Assembly (NCBI RefSeq): GCF_000009045.1
Contig: NC_000964.3
Span: 1,290,001 to 1,322,000 of the forward strand
Source of the DNA: Bacillus subtilis subsp. subtilis str. 168
GTDB taxonomy: Bacteria > Bacillota > Bacilli > Bacillales > Bacillaceae
Length of the DNA: 32,000 nucleotides
Reading direction: 5' to 3'
Part shown: positions 1 through 9,073 of the stretch, in pieces
Layout of the letters: each line of letters opens with the position of its first letter
Numbering within the stretch: the first letter of the stretch is position 1
Translations under genes and position numbers: made by a program
The notes under the pieces: model-generated
What the model was told of the DNA's origin: nothing
Database searches by the model: none
The model's input: only the letters and a program-made list of their open reading frames with translations

Positions 1-17
1 TTGACTTGAAAGGATGA

Positions 18-644
18 GTGATAAAAGTGCAAACCAAATGGCTGGAACGGGCACAGCGGATTCGGGCGATCGCCCAAGCGGGGCTTGCTTTTTCCAAGGA
101 TGTGTACGACAGGGAGAGGTACGAAGAGCTAATGAAGCTTAGCGCGGAAATGATGGCGGATTACTCGGAGAAGGACATTGAAGTTATCACTGATTTATGG
201 CAAGGCGAGAAGGGCTATCCAACACCGAAAGCGGATGTTCGCGGCGCTGTATTCAGAGAGAATCAGATTTTGCTTGTCCGGGAGAAGCATGATGAGCTGT
301 GGTCGCTGCCGGGCGGATTTTGCGAGATTGGTTTATCGCCGGCTGAAAACGTTGTCAAGGAAATCAAAGAAGAGTCGGGGTACGATACAGAGCCGTCTCG
401 ATTGCTGGCCGTGCTAGACAGCCATAAACACTCTCATCCCCCTCAGCCTTATCACTATTATAAAATCTTCATCGCATGCAGCATGACGGACGGGCAGGGG
501 GAAACAGGGATCGAGACGAATCATGCCGCTTTTTTTCCGGAAGACAGACTCCCGCCGCTTTCTCCTAAACGAAACACACCCTCACAGCTTAGCATGCTGT
601 TTGACTTTTTGCGCCATCCGGACAAGAAAACGATATTTGACTAA
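18..644 (+). CDS. yjhB: NUDIX hydrolase, ADP-ribose pyrophosphatase-like (GTG start)
   Basis: 208-aa ORF with a NUDIX box GGFCEIGLSPAENVVKEIKEESG; followed by a terminator. Confidence 0.9.
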   Translation: MIKVQTKWLERAQRIRAIAQAGLAFSKDVYDRERYEELMKLSAEMMADYSEKDIEVITDLWQGEKGYPTPKADVRGAVFRENQILLVREKHDELWSLPGGFCEIGLSPAENVVKEIKEESGYDTEPSRLLAVLDSHKHSHPPQPYHYYKIFIACSMTDGQGETGIETNHAAFFPEDRLPPLSPKRNTPSQLSMLFDFLRHPDKKTIFD

Positions 645-676
645 AAAAGAAAGAGCCTGTGGGCTCTTTCTTTTTT
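643..676. terminator. Bidirectional intrinsic terminator between convergent yjhB and yjiA
   Basis: AAAAAAGAAAGAGCC-TGTG-GGCTCTTTCTTTTTT, 15-nt perfect arms. Confidence 0.9.
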
Positions 677-953
677 ATAATGTAATGTGTTTTTCGTTGG
701 CGAGTTTCAGAAGGGTCAAAATAGAATCGGCTTGTTTATGGCCGAGTTTTTGCTTTAATTTGTTTTCTTCAACTAATCGGCTGCCATAAATTTTGACGGA
801 GGCTTTGTCGACGACAGTATGCCAGTTTTCCTGTTTTTTTCCCTCAACAAGCGGTTTTTCATGTCTCTCAGAAAAAGAGAACACAAAGAGTACGAATGCA
901 AGTGAAAGTAGGATTCCGACAACTTGTTTTTTGTAATCAGTCTGTGCTGCCAC
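675..953 (-). CDS. yjiA: Small membrane-anchored protein of unknown function
   Basis: 92-aa ORF (GTG start) with N-terminal TM segment VVGILLSLAFVLFVFSF; GGAGAG RBS upstream on the minus strand. Confidence 0.7.
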   Translation of the reverse strand: MAAQTDYKKQVVGILLSLAFVLFVFSFSERHEKPLVEGKKQENWHTVVDKASVKIYGSRLVEENKLKQKLGHKQADSILTLLKLANEKHITL

Positions 954-1343
954 GTTGTTCTCTCCTTCACCTTTTACCTTCTATTTAATCATAGAACCAA
1001 ATTATTTTACATAATGGGAAAGTCATTTTTGGAGTTAGTGCATTTGGTTGAAAACAGAGACGTTTTTTGAGCGGAGCGGTGCAATTGAATCCATATTGGA
1101 TTTGCGTGCTTATGCCTAAGGTCACGTTGTGAGCCAAAACAGCAGTGCAGAATAGAAAAAAATTGAAAGATTATGGTAAGATGAACGAAATTCGAGGGGG
1201 AATATATGATGCCTGCATCGAACATCGTGATCGCCTGCCTGCTGTTATCAATTTAATTATTTGTGGTAGTCCCTCTCTTTTTCGAAAGCGGGAGGTGAAG
1301 TGGAACATTAATTGCTGAATTCTTTCAAGGGGAGTGACCGTAC

Positions 1344-2534
1344 ATGAATGTGTTAAACCGCCGGCAAGCCTTGCAGCGAGCGCTGCTCAATGGGAAAAAC
1401 AAACAGGATGCGTATCATCCGTTTCCATGGTATGAATCGATGAGAAAGGATGCGCCTGTTTCCTTTGATGAAGAAAACCAAGTGTGGAGCGTTTTTCTTT
1501 ATGATGATGTCAAAAAAGTTGTTGGGGATAAAGAGTTGTTTTCCAGTTGCATGCCGCAGCAGACAAGCTCTATTGGAAATTCCATCATTAACATGGACCC
1601 GCCGAAGCATACAAAAATCCGTTCAGTCGTGAACAAAGCCTTTACTCCGCGCGTGATGAAGCAATGGGAACCGAGAATTCAAGAAATCACAGATGAACTG
1701 ATTCAAAAATTTCAGGGGCGCAGTGAGTTTGACCTTGTTCACGATTTTTCATACCCGCTTCCGGTTATTGTGATATCTGAGCTGCTGGGAGTGCCTTCAG
1801 CGCATATGGAACAGTTTAAAGCATGGTCTGATCTTCTGGTCAGTACACCGAAGGATAAAAGTGAAGAAGCTGAAAAAGCCTTTTTGGAAGAACGAGATAA
1901 GTGTGAGGAAGAACTGGCCGCGTTTTTTGCCGGCATCATAGAAGAAAAGCGAAACAAACCGGAACAGGATATTATTTCTATTTTAGTGGAAGCGGAAGAA
2001 ACAGGCGAGAAGCTGTCCGGTGAAGAGCTGATTCCGTTTTGCACGCTGCTGCTGGTGGCCGGAAATGAAACCACTACAAACCTGATTTCAAATGCGATGT
2101 ACAGCATATTAGAAACGCCAGGCGTTTACGAGGAACTGCGCAGCCATCCTGAACTGATGCCTCAGGCAGTGGAGGAAGCCTTGCGTTTCAGAGCGCCGGC
2201 CCCGGTTTTGAGGCGCATTGCCAAGCGGGATACGGAGATCGGGGGGCACCTGATTAAAGAAGGTGATATGGTTTTGGCGTTTGTGGCATCGGCAAATCGT
2301 GATGAAGCAAAGTTTGACAGACCGCACATGTTTGATATCCGCCGCCATCCCAATCCGCATATTGCGTTTGGCCACGGCATCCATTTTTGCCTTGGGGCCC
2401 CGCTTGCCCGTCTTGAAGCAAATATCGCGTTAACGTCTTTGATTTCTGCTTTTCCTCATATGGAGTGCGTCAGTATCACTCCGATTGAAAACAGTGTGAT
2501 ATACGGATTAAAGAGCTTCCGTGTGAAAATGTAA
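1344..2534 (+). CDS. yjiB: Cytochrome P450 (CYP109B family)
   Basis: 396 aa; I-helix LLVAGNETTTNL, ExxR (EEALRFR), heme-binding FGHGIHFCLGAPLAR. Confidence 0.95.
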   Translation: MNVLNRRQALQRALLNGKNKQDAYHPFPWYESMRKDAPVSFDEENQVWSVFLYDDVKKVVGDKELFSSCMPQQTSSIGNSIINMDPPKHTKIRSVVNKAFTPRVMKQWEPRIQEITDELIQKFQGRSEFDLVHDFSYPLPVIVISELLGVPSAHMEQFKAWSDLLVSTPKDKSEEAEKAFLEERDKCEEELAAFFAGIIEEKRNKPEQDIISILVEAEETGEKLSGEELIPFCTLLLVAGNETTTNLISNAMYSILETPGVYEELRSHPELMPQAVEEALRFRAPAPVLRRIAKRDTEIGGHLIKEGDMVLAFVASANRDEAKFDRPHMFDIRRHPNPHIAFGHGIHFCLGAPLARLEANIALTSLISAFPHMECVSITPIENSVIYGLKSFRVKM

Positions 2535-2556
2535 TAGATAAGGAGACTGGAGATTC

Positions 2557-3735
2557 ATGAAAAAGTACCATATTTCGATGATCAATATCCCGGCGTACGG
2601 ACATGTCAATCCTACGCTTGCTTTAGTAGAGAAGCTTTGTGAGAAAGGGCACCGTGTCACGTACGCGACGACTGAGGAGTTTGCGCCCGCTGTTCAGCAA
2701 GCCGGTGGAGAAGCATTGATCTATCATACATCCTTGAATATTGATCCTAAGCAAATCAGGGAGATGATGGAAAAGAATGACGCGCCCCTCAGCCTTTTGA
2801 AAGAATCACTCAGCATTCTGCCGCAGCTTGAGGAGTTATATAAGGATGATCAGCCTGATCTGATCATCTATGACTTTGTTGCGCTGGCTGGTAAATTGTT
2901 TGCTGAAAAGCTTAATGTTCCGGTCATTAAGCTCTGTTCGTCATATGCCCAAAATGAATCCTTTCAGTTAGGAAATGAAGACATGCTGAAAAAAATAAGA
3001 GAAGCAGAGGCTGAATTTAAAGCCTACTTGGAGCAAGAGAAGTTGCCGGCTGTTTCATTTGAACAGTTAGCTGTGCCGGAAGCATTAAATATTGTCTTTA
3101 TGCCGAAGTCTTTTCAGATTCAGCATGAGACGTTCGATGACCGTTTCTGTTTTGTCGGCCCCTCTCTCGGAGAACGGAAGGAAAAAGAAAGCCTGTTGAT
3201 TGACAAGGATGATCGCCCGCTTATGCTGATTTCTTTGGGTACGGCGTTTAACGCATGGCCGGAATTTTACAAGATGTGCATCAAGGCATTTCGGGATTCT
3301 TCATGGCAAGTGATCATGTCGGTTGGGAAAACGATTGATCCAGAAAGCTTGGAGGATATTCCTGCTAACTTTACCATTCGCCAAAGTGTGCCGCAGCTTG
3401 AGGTGTTAGAGAAAGCTGATTTGTTCATCTCTCATGGCGGGATGAACAGTACGATGGAAGCGATGAACGCAGGTGTGCCGCTTGTCGTCATTCCGCAAAT
3501 GTATGAGCAGGAGCTCACTGCAAATCGGGTTGATGAATTAGGCCTTGGCGTTTATTTGCCGAAAGAGGAAGTGACTGTTTCCAGCCTGCAGGAAGCGGTT
3601 CAGGCTGTATCCAGTGATCAAGAGCTGCTCAGCCGCGTCAAGAATATGCAAAAGGATGTAAAAGAAGCTGGCGGAGCGGAGCGTGCGGCAGCTGAGATTG
3701 AAGCGTTTATGAAAAAATCCGCTGTCCCGCAGTAA
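2557..3735 (+). CDS. yjiC: UDP-glycosyltransferase, macrolide/flavonoid glycosyltransferase family (GT1)
   Basis: 392 aa; GT1 C-terminal motif FISHGGMNSTMEAMNAGVPLVVIPQMYEQ; 22-bp gap after yjiB with an RBS (ataggagactgg). Confidence 0.95.
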   Translation: MKKYHISMINIPAYGHVNPTLALVEKLCEKGHRVTYATTEEFAPAVQQAGGEALIYHTSLNIDPKQIREMMEKNDAPLSLLKESLSILPQLEELYKDDQPDLIIYDFVALAGKLFAEKLNVPVIKLCSSYAQNESFQLGNEDMLKKIREAEAEFKAYLEQEKLPAVSFEQLAVPEALNIVFMPKSFQIQHETFDDRFCFVGPSLGERKEKESLLIDKDDRPLMLISLGTAFNAWPEFYKMCIKAFRDSSWQVIMSVGKTIDPESLEDIPANFTIRQSVPQLEVLEKADLFISHGGMNSTMEAMNAGVPLVVIPQMYEQELTANRVDELGLGVYLPKEEVTVSSLQEAVQAVSSDQELLSRVKNMQKDVKEAGGAERAAAEIEAFMKKSAVPQ

Positions 3736-3742
3736 AAACATA

Positions 3743-3771
3743 AAAACCGAAATCAATTTGATTTCGGTTTT
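3743..3771 (+). terminator. Intrinsic terminator after yjiC
   Basis: AAAACCGAAATC-AATTT-GATTTCGGTTTT. Confidence 0.8.
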
Positions 3772-3775
3772 CTGT

Positions 3776-3964
3776 TTAAATATTTTTTTTCATCCCGCAT
3801 CTCCGGCATTCTCTAAGAAATTTTCCGCCTTTTACAGAGCTTTTGAACAGTGTGTAATCACAGTTGTCGCAGCGCCCGCTGCGGGCATCCGGATATTCAT
3901 TGAATTCGTAAACAATCGATGTATCGTAGCCTTTTGTTTCATATTCTTCTTTTTTGGTTTCCAT
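3776..3964 (-). CDS. Small zinc-ribbon-like protein (62 aa)
   Basis: RCDNCDYTLFKSSVKGGKFLRECRRCG has two CxxC knuckles; GGAGGATCGAC RBS directly upstream of the ATG on the minus strand. Confidence 0.75.
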   Translation of the reverse strand: METKKEEYETKGYDTSIVYEFNEYPDARSGRCDNCDYTLFKSSVKGGKFLRECRRCGMKKNI

Positions 3965-4137
3965 GTCGATCCTCCGTTACAAGACGTGTCTGCTGTTTAT
4001 CTTACAGCAAGCTTCCGGCGTATTCAATGGATTTTAGGAGGTTGGGTTTATCTTGATTTCTCCCTTGGTTTGCGCCAAAATAGCTTTATTAAGCTTATAT
4101 ACATAAAAAGCCTATGCAAAGAGGAGAGGAAACGGGT

Positions 4138-4950
4138 ATGGGAAAAGGGTTACTTGGAAAACGCGTGGCAATCGGTGGCTCACGAAAAACGGAAGAAATT
4201 AGTACAATCATTGAAAAACAGGGCGGAATACCTGTCATCCGGCCTCTCCAAGGTACAGTTTACTTAGCAGAGAAGCAGGTGGAGCCGGATTTGCGGACGT
4301 TTGCGGAAGAAAAAGCTGACTGGGTCATTTTCACGACAGGCATCGGGTTGGAGACTCTTGTCGATATGGCAGAGAAAATTGGACTGAAAGATGAGTTTCT
4401 GCAGGCCATTCGCCAAGCGAAAGCGGCATGCCGGGGATACAAAACGCTGTCTGCGCTGAAAAAGCTTGGAATCACACCGGAAGCTTCGGATGAAGACGGG
4501 ACAACAAGAGGCTTAATCCGTTCCTTGGAGCCTCACGACTTTTCAGGAAAAACAGTCATGGTGCAGCTTCATGGCGAAAAAGCGCCGGCTCTCATGGCAT
4601 TTCTTGAAGAAAAAGGCGCGTCTGTCCTGCCGATTCTGCCTTATCAGCACATCCCGCCGGAGGAGGAAACGGTGGAGCGGTTATGCCGAGAGCTGATGAA
4701 CGATGAGGTCGATGCCGTTTGTTTTACAACGGCCATTCAGGTTCGTTCCCTGTTTGATTTTGCCAAGGGGCGAGGTTATATCAATGAAGTGAAGAAGGTA
4801 TTCGAAGAACGCGCCATCGCAGCTGCTGTCGGAAAAGTGACTGCTGAAGCACTGCGGGAAGAGGGCATTACGAGACTGCTTGCGCCAGAGATTGAGCGGA
4901 TGGGTGCGATGATTGTTGAGCTGGCCAAGTATTATGAAGAAAAGGAATAA
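4138..4950 (+). CDS. yjjA: Uroporphyrinogen-III synthase (HemD)-like protein
   Basis: ORF track begins at 4114, but the ATG at 4138 is preceded by gaggagaggaaacggg; the HemD-like fold is inferred from GKRVAIGGSRKTEE and WVIFTTGIGLETL. Confidence 0.8.
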   Translation: MGKGLLGKRVAIGGSRKTEEISTIIEKQGGIPVIRPLQGTVYLAEKQVEPDLRTFAEEKADWVIFTTGIGLETLVDMAEKIGLKDEFLQAIRQAKAACRGYKTLSALKKLGITPEASDEDGTTRGLIRSLEPHDFSGKTVMVQLHGEKAPALMAFLEEKGASVLPILPYQHIPPEEETVERLCRELMNDEVDAVCFTTAIQVRSLFDFAKGRGYINEVKKVFEERAIAAAVGKVTAEALREEGITRLLAPEIERMGAMIVELAKYYEEKE

Positions 4951-4958
4951 CAAGTACA

Positions 4959-4990
4959 AAAAGCCGCTTTTCCCTCGGAAAGCGGCTTTT
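4959..4990. terminator. Intrinsic terminator between convergent yjjA and yjkA
   Basis: AAAAGCCGCTTT-TCCCTCGG-AAAGCGGCTTTT. Confidence 0.85.
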
Positions 4991-4995
4991 GTCTG

Positions 4996-5748
4996 TCATT
5001 CATTTTGCTTCAGCTGCTGATGAACGGTGAATAATGATGGGTATGTCAGCACGCTTAAGATTACACAAGTCAGCGCGGCTGAGGCCATCGTTGTAAACAC
5101 GATTAAGAGTTGAAAGCGTACTGCCTGAATCGGGTCCGCGCCGGCTAGAATCTGGCCAGTCATCATGCCGGGAAGCTGGACAAGACCCAGTGTTTTCTGG
5201 CTTTCGAGCGTCGGGATCATACTCATTTTCATCGCTGAGGTAAGAATGCGCTGTATGGATTGCTTCGGTGTGCCGCCAAGTGACAATATTAATTGAATTT
5301 CTTCTTTGCGAACGCCGACTTCTGAGTTAAGCCGGTTTAGAAACAAACTTGAGAGCACCATCGAATTTCCGATGACCATCCCGCTGATCGGAATGACATA
5401 TCGTGCCGTAAGCGGAATGATATGAAGAGACAGCAGAATTCCCTGCGTCACAATTTCTACGATTGCTAACGCGGCAAACACCCTCCAAAACGAACCGATA
5501 GTATTTTTCTTTCGCTTGATGACATTTTGCGCCGCCACCGCGAGCATTAACAGCACCATCAGCAGGATAAAAACAGGGTGGTCTCCGCGAAAAATCAGCG
5601 ACAAAACATAACCGATGATAAGCAGCTGCACCGCGGCCCGGATGGTGGCGATGATCATGTCTTTTTCTACACCGGCTTTAAAGGATTTTGATAAAAACAA
5701 GGCGATCAAAACAAAGATCATCGTTAAAGAGAGAGAAAGGTAATCCAT
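4996..5748 (-). CDS. yjkA: ABC transporter permease, FetB/YbbM (UPF0014) family
   Basis: 250-aa multi-TM protein with LILSLGGTPKQSI and ISGMVIGNSMV; ATGA overlap with yjkB. Confidence 0.85.
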   Translation of the reverse strand: MDYLSLSLTMIFVLIALFLSKSFKAGVEKDMIIATIRAAVQLLIIGYVLSLIFRGDHPVFILLMVLLMLAVAAQNVIKRKKNTIGSFWRVFAALAIVEIVTQGILLSLHIIPLTARYVIPISGMVIGNSMVLSSLFLNRLNSEVGVRKEEIQLILSLGGTPKQSIQRILTSAMKMSMIPTLESQKTLGLVQLPGMMTGQILAGADPIQAVRFQLLIVFTTMASAALTCVILSVLTYPSLFTVHQQLKQNE

Positions 5749-6500
5749 TACCGAGTGCCTCCCTTCAAAAATTCTTTCGCTGCTTCATGCTGCGGAGCGG
5801 AGAAAAATGTGTCGGTTTCAGCGATTTCAAGCAGCCGGCCATCTGCCATAAACCAAATGGTATCGGCTATTCGTTTTGCCTGCTCCATATTATGAGTGAC
5901 CCACATGACTGTCCATTTTTTCTCTTGATGCTGACGTTTGATCAGTTCTTCAATCTCAAGAGCAGAGACCGGGTCCAAGGCCGATGTGATTTCGTCCAAC
6001 AATAGAATGGAGGAAGGATTTGAGAGCGTTCTGGCCAGTGACAGTCTTTGCCGCTGCCCGCCCGATAAGTCTCTGGCGCTTCTGTCTAACAACTCTGGCG
6101 GCAGCCCTGCAAGCGAAGCCAGCTTTTCAGGAGAGTACAGCTGGGATTGATGCAGCCTTTGTACAAGACTTAAATTGTCACGCACTGTCCCGTCGAGCAC
6201 GGGAGCCGATTGAAACGCGAGGGCTGCCGTTCGCCTCAGCTCATTGACATTCCATTCTCTGACTTCCTTTCCGTATATGTTGACTTCGCCGCTGTCAGGC
6301 GTTCTCATTAAATTACACATAGAAAGGAGGGTGCTTTTGCCTGAGCCGGAAGGGCCTAAAACGGCTACGATTGCACCCTGTTGAATGTCTCCGGTGACAT
6401 CCTGCAGCACATCATAGGTTTGTCCATCTTGTTTATAGCTTTTTCTGACTGATCTGAAGGAGATGGCTGGTATGTTTTGTGTTTGATCGTTTGCTTCCAT
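5748..6500 (-). CDS. yjkB: ABC transporter ATP-binding protein, FetA/YbbL-like
   Basis: Walker A GPSGSGKST, signature LSGGQRQRLSLARTL, Walker B ILLLDEITSALDP; internal ATG at 6500 has an RBS (AAAGGTGAT). Confidence 0.9.
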   Translation of the reverse strand: MEANDQTQNIPAISFRSVRKSYKQDGQTYDVLQDVTGDIQQGAIVAVLGPSGSGKSTLLSMCNLMRTPDSGEVNIYGKEVREWNVNELRRTAALAFQSAPVLDGTVRDNLSLVQRLHQSQLYSPEKLASLAGLPPELLDRSARDLSGGQRQRLSLARTLSNPSSILLLDEITSALDPVSALEIEELIKRQHQEKKWTVMWVTHNMEQAKRIADTIWFMADGRLLEIAETDTFFSAPQHEAAKEFLKGGTR

Positions 6501-6619
6501 TACAATAATCACCTTTCAATATAAGTAGGCTGACATTATATTTAACTATAACGTGAAACAGATTCCTTTTGGTAGCACAAATAAAGGAGAACAGGCTTTC
6601 ACCCATTCTCCTGCAGATG

Positions 6620-7594
6620 CTACGCAGTCAGATTTGACTGTGCTTTCTTTTTCGGTTTTCTCGGCTGTGAAGCGAAGGTATGTAACATCATCCCCGCTAT
6701 TATAATGAACAAACCGGCAAATGATAATAGAGATGGGAAAACGCCTGACAGCAGAACAATTTCACCAAGCAGCGCGAAAATCACTTCACCGGATTGAGTG
6801 GCTTCAACAGCTGCGAGTTTTTGCGGATTGTCTCTTACCATATCAGTGGCCCAGAAAAATAAAACCGTCGCAATGATGCCTGAGCTGACGGCAACGATAA
6901 AGGATTGAACGGTTTGACTTGCTGTTGGAAGGCCATCTGACCACCAGCCGTAAGCTGCTAATATAAGCCAGAATGGAAGGCTTGCCAATGTCATTCCAAG
7001 CACGCGCTGAAATGTATCAAGCCGGCCTCCGTATTCTTCGAGCATTCTTCGGTTTCCTAACGGATAGGCAAAAGCCGCAATGACAACCGGCAGCACACTG
7101 AAAAGCAGCATCCTCCCAGAAAGCGATTCTGCATGCTGAAGCTGAATCAGAGCCGCTCCAATCAGGATGATCACAGAAGTGCCAAGTGAAACCAGGGGAA
7201 TCTTTTGGCGAATGAGCTGCGGACCGCCCGGCATATCTTGTTTGACATAAAACAAAGGAGATAAGAGCACCCCGGCTACAATTGTAATTTGCCAGGTTCC
7301 AGCTATGAGCCACCCCGGACCGTATGCAGCCGCAAATGTAATCGGTGCGTAAAAAAGCACGAAACCGACGAAGCTCCATTTGATCCAATAAAACGGCTTT
7401 TTCCTCATTTCTAGTAAGAGAGGCGTGAATGTCCCTCTCATGATGACAATCAAACATAAAAATGGCACCATAAAAATAAAGCGCAGCGAAGAGCTCCAAA
7501 GCCAGCTGCCTCCTGATAACTCCATCGCTCTGTTTAATATAAAGGTAACGGCGAAAAAGAGTGAAGCCAATATTCCGATAACGATAGCTTTCAT
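6620..7594 (-). CDS. yjlA: EamA/DMT-superfamily multidrug-resistance-type transporter
   Basis: About 324-aa, ~10-TM protein; start at 7594 preceded by GAGGGATATC on the minus strand. Confidence 0.85.
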   Translation of the reverse strand: MKAIVIGILASLFFAVTFILNRAMELSGGSWLWSSSLRFIFMVPFLCLIVIMRGTFTPLLLEMRKKPFYWIKWSFVGFVLFYAPITFAAAYGPGWLIAGTWQITIVAGVLLSPLFYVKQDMPGGPQLIRQKIPLVSLGTSVIILIGAALIQLQHAESLSGRMLLFSVLPVVIAAFAYPLGNRRMLEEYGGRLDTFQRVLGMTLASLPFWLILAAYGWWSDGLPTASQTVQSFIVAVSSGIIATVLFFWATDMVRDNPQKLAAVEATQSGEVIFALLGEIVLLSGVFPSLLSFAGLFIIIAGMMLHTFASQPRKPKKKAQSNLTA

Positions 7595-7725
7595 GATATC
7601 CCTCATTCTGGCATTATTTTTTTATACTATACTATTCGGTATCATGCAGATCAATGGAATCATGAGAAAAACATCATGTTTGGCGAACCGCTATATGTGG
7701 AAGACAAAAAAGGGAGGTGAAATTG

Positions 7726-8223
7726 ATGGAAAGAGAGACACAGACATACTTCTTTCCGGATGACGGCAGGATTCCGAATCACCCTGATTTTCCGCTCGTG
7801 GTGTATCAAAACGCGCTTAAGGACACCGGACTGGCAGAGCGGATCGTCACCCGGCATGGCTGGTCAAACAGCTGGTCAGGGAGTGTTTTTCCATACCATC
7901 ATTATCACAGCAATACGCATGAAGTCCTGATTGCCCTTAGGAGAGAGGCTGTGATTCAGTTTGGGGGAGAAAAAGGGGCTGCCATCCCTTTCAAATCAGG
8001 CGACGCAGTCGTGATTCCAGCCGGAGTCGGACATAAAAAGCTCAGCTCAAGCCCCGATTTTACTGTCCTTGGCGCCTATCCCGGTGGCGTTCAGTACGAT
8101 ATGAAGACGGGGAAGCCGAATGAGCGGGAGGAAGCGGTCAAACAGATTAAGCAGGCGGCGTTGCCGGCGAATGATCCGATCACAGGAAAAAGAGAGCCTC
8201 TATTGGAAATATGGGTAAAGTGA
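7726..8223 (+). CDS. yjlB: Cupin-fold protein
   Basis: Cupin motifs HSNTHEVLIALRREA and GDAVVIPAGVGHKKL; ATG at 7726 after GGGAGGTG. Confidence 0.85.
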   Translation: MERETQTYFFPDDGRIPNHPDFPLVVYQNALKDTGLAERIVTRHGWSNSWSGSVFPYHHYHSNTHEVLIALRREAVIQFGGEKGAAIPFKSGDAVVIPAGVGHKKLSSSPDFTVLGAYPGGVQYDMKTGKPNEREEAVKQIKQAALPANDPITGKREPLLEIWVK

Positions 8224-8497
8224 AGGGGAGAAATTGCTGGATTGTCAATAACTAGTGCCGCAGAAACGATATGACATGAGCTCCATATAAATTAATTTCA
8301 TAATCGAAGCAATTCACGTTCAAATTTTGTTCAAAAAGTGTTATCATATAGAAGGTAATCGAATTGGAGTTTTTTGTGTTTGCTATTTTCAGAGAGAGTA
8401 AAGGATTTTGACTTATTCAATTGTTTATTTTTAGATAAAAATAATACTGAATATGGCAAGATGAAAAACTGGGTAGTAAACATTTATTTTTGTAAAT

Positions 8498-8519
8498 GAT
8501 TGTGCATGAATTCACAATC
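8498..8519. promoter_or_regulatory. Rex (redox-sensing repressor) operator in the yjlC-ndh leader
   Basis: GATTGTG-CATGAATT-CACAATC; contains TTGTG-N8-CACAA, the Rex core pattern, upstream of the NADH dehydrogenase gene. Confidence 0.8.
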
Positions 8520-8611
8520 CTTATTCTTATGCCTTAAAAGCGTGAGACAGGGAGAGGCACTACCCTTTCCAAAAAAATCAGCAAACTGCTTATAGTAAAG
8601 GAGAATTGGAT

Positions 8612-9034
8612 ATGCCAGAAACAATCGATCAAACAAATGCGTCTGTCAGCCAAAGCCAGCAAGATCTTATTGATCAGCTATTAAAGCCAGAAGTTCAAGA
8701 ATCATTGACTGTTTTAGTTGACCAGCTTCCGAAGCTGACTGAGTTAGTGAATATTTTAACGAAGTCTTATGATTTCGCTCAGTCTGTAGCGACTGACGAA
8801 GTGTTAAAGAGCGACACAGTCGGTGCGATCACTGAAATTCTCGAGCCTGTAAAAGAAACAGCGAAAGAAGTAGCTGCGACTGCGATCGAAGCAAAAGACC
8901 GCGCGGAAGCAAGCAACGAAACAATTGGACTTTTCGGCCTTCTTCGCATGCTGAAAGATCCTCAAGCTCAAAAGCTGTTCCGTTTTGCTAACAGCTACCT
9001 TGAAGTCATGAACGAACGCGAAAACCAAAAATAA
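8612..9034 (+). CDS. yjlC: DUF1641-family protein co-transcribed with ndh
   Basis: 140-aa ORF; ATG at 8612 after aaaggagaattgg; 39-bp gap to ndh. Confidence 0.85.
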   Translation: MPETIDQTNASVSQSQQDLIDQLLKPEVQESLTVLVDQLPKLTELVNILTKSYDFAQSVATDEVLKSDTVGAITEILEPVKETAKEVAATAIEAKDRAEASNETIGLFGLLRMLKDPQAQKLFRFANSYLEVMNERENQK

Positions 9035-9073
9035 TCTCAGATTCAAATTGATATAAAGGACGGAGGATATACG

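Noticed and set aside
3758-4267. 169-aa plus-strand ORF between yjiC and yjjA
   Set aside because: Begins in the yjiC terminator, is antisense to the zinc-ribbon gene, and runs out of frame into yjjA; the RBS-supported yjjA start at 4138 explains the region better.
7017-7499. 160-aa minus-strand ORF overlapping yjlA in another frame
   Set aside because: Shares DNA with the clear EamA transporter; composition is unlike a real protein.
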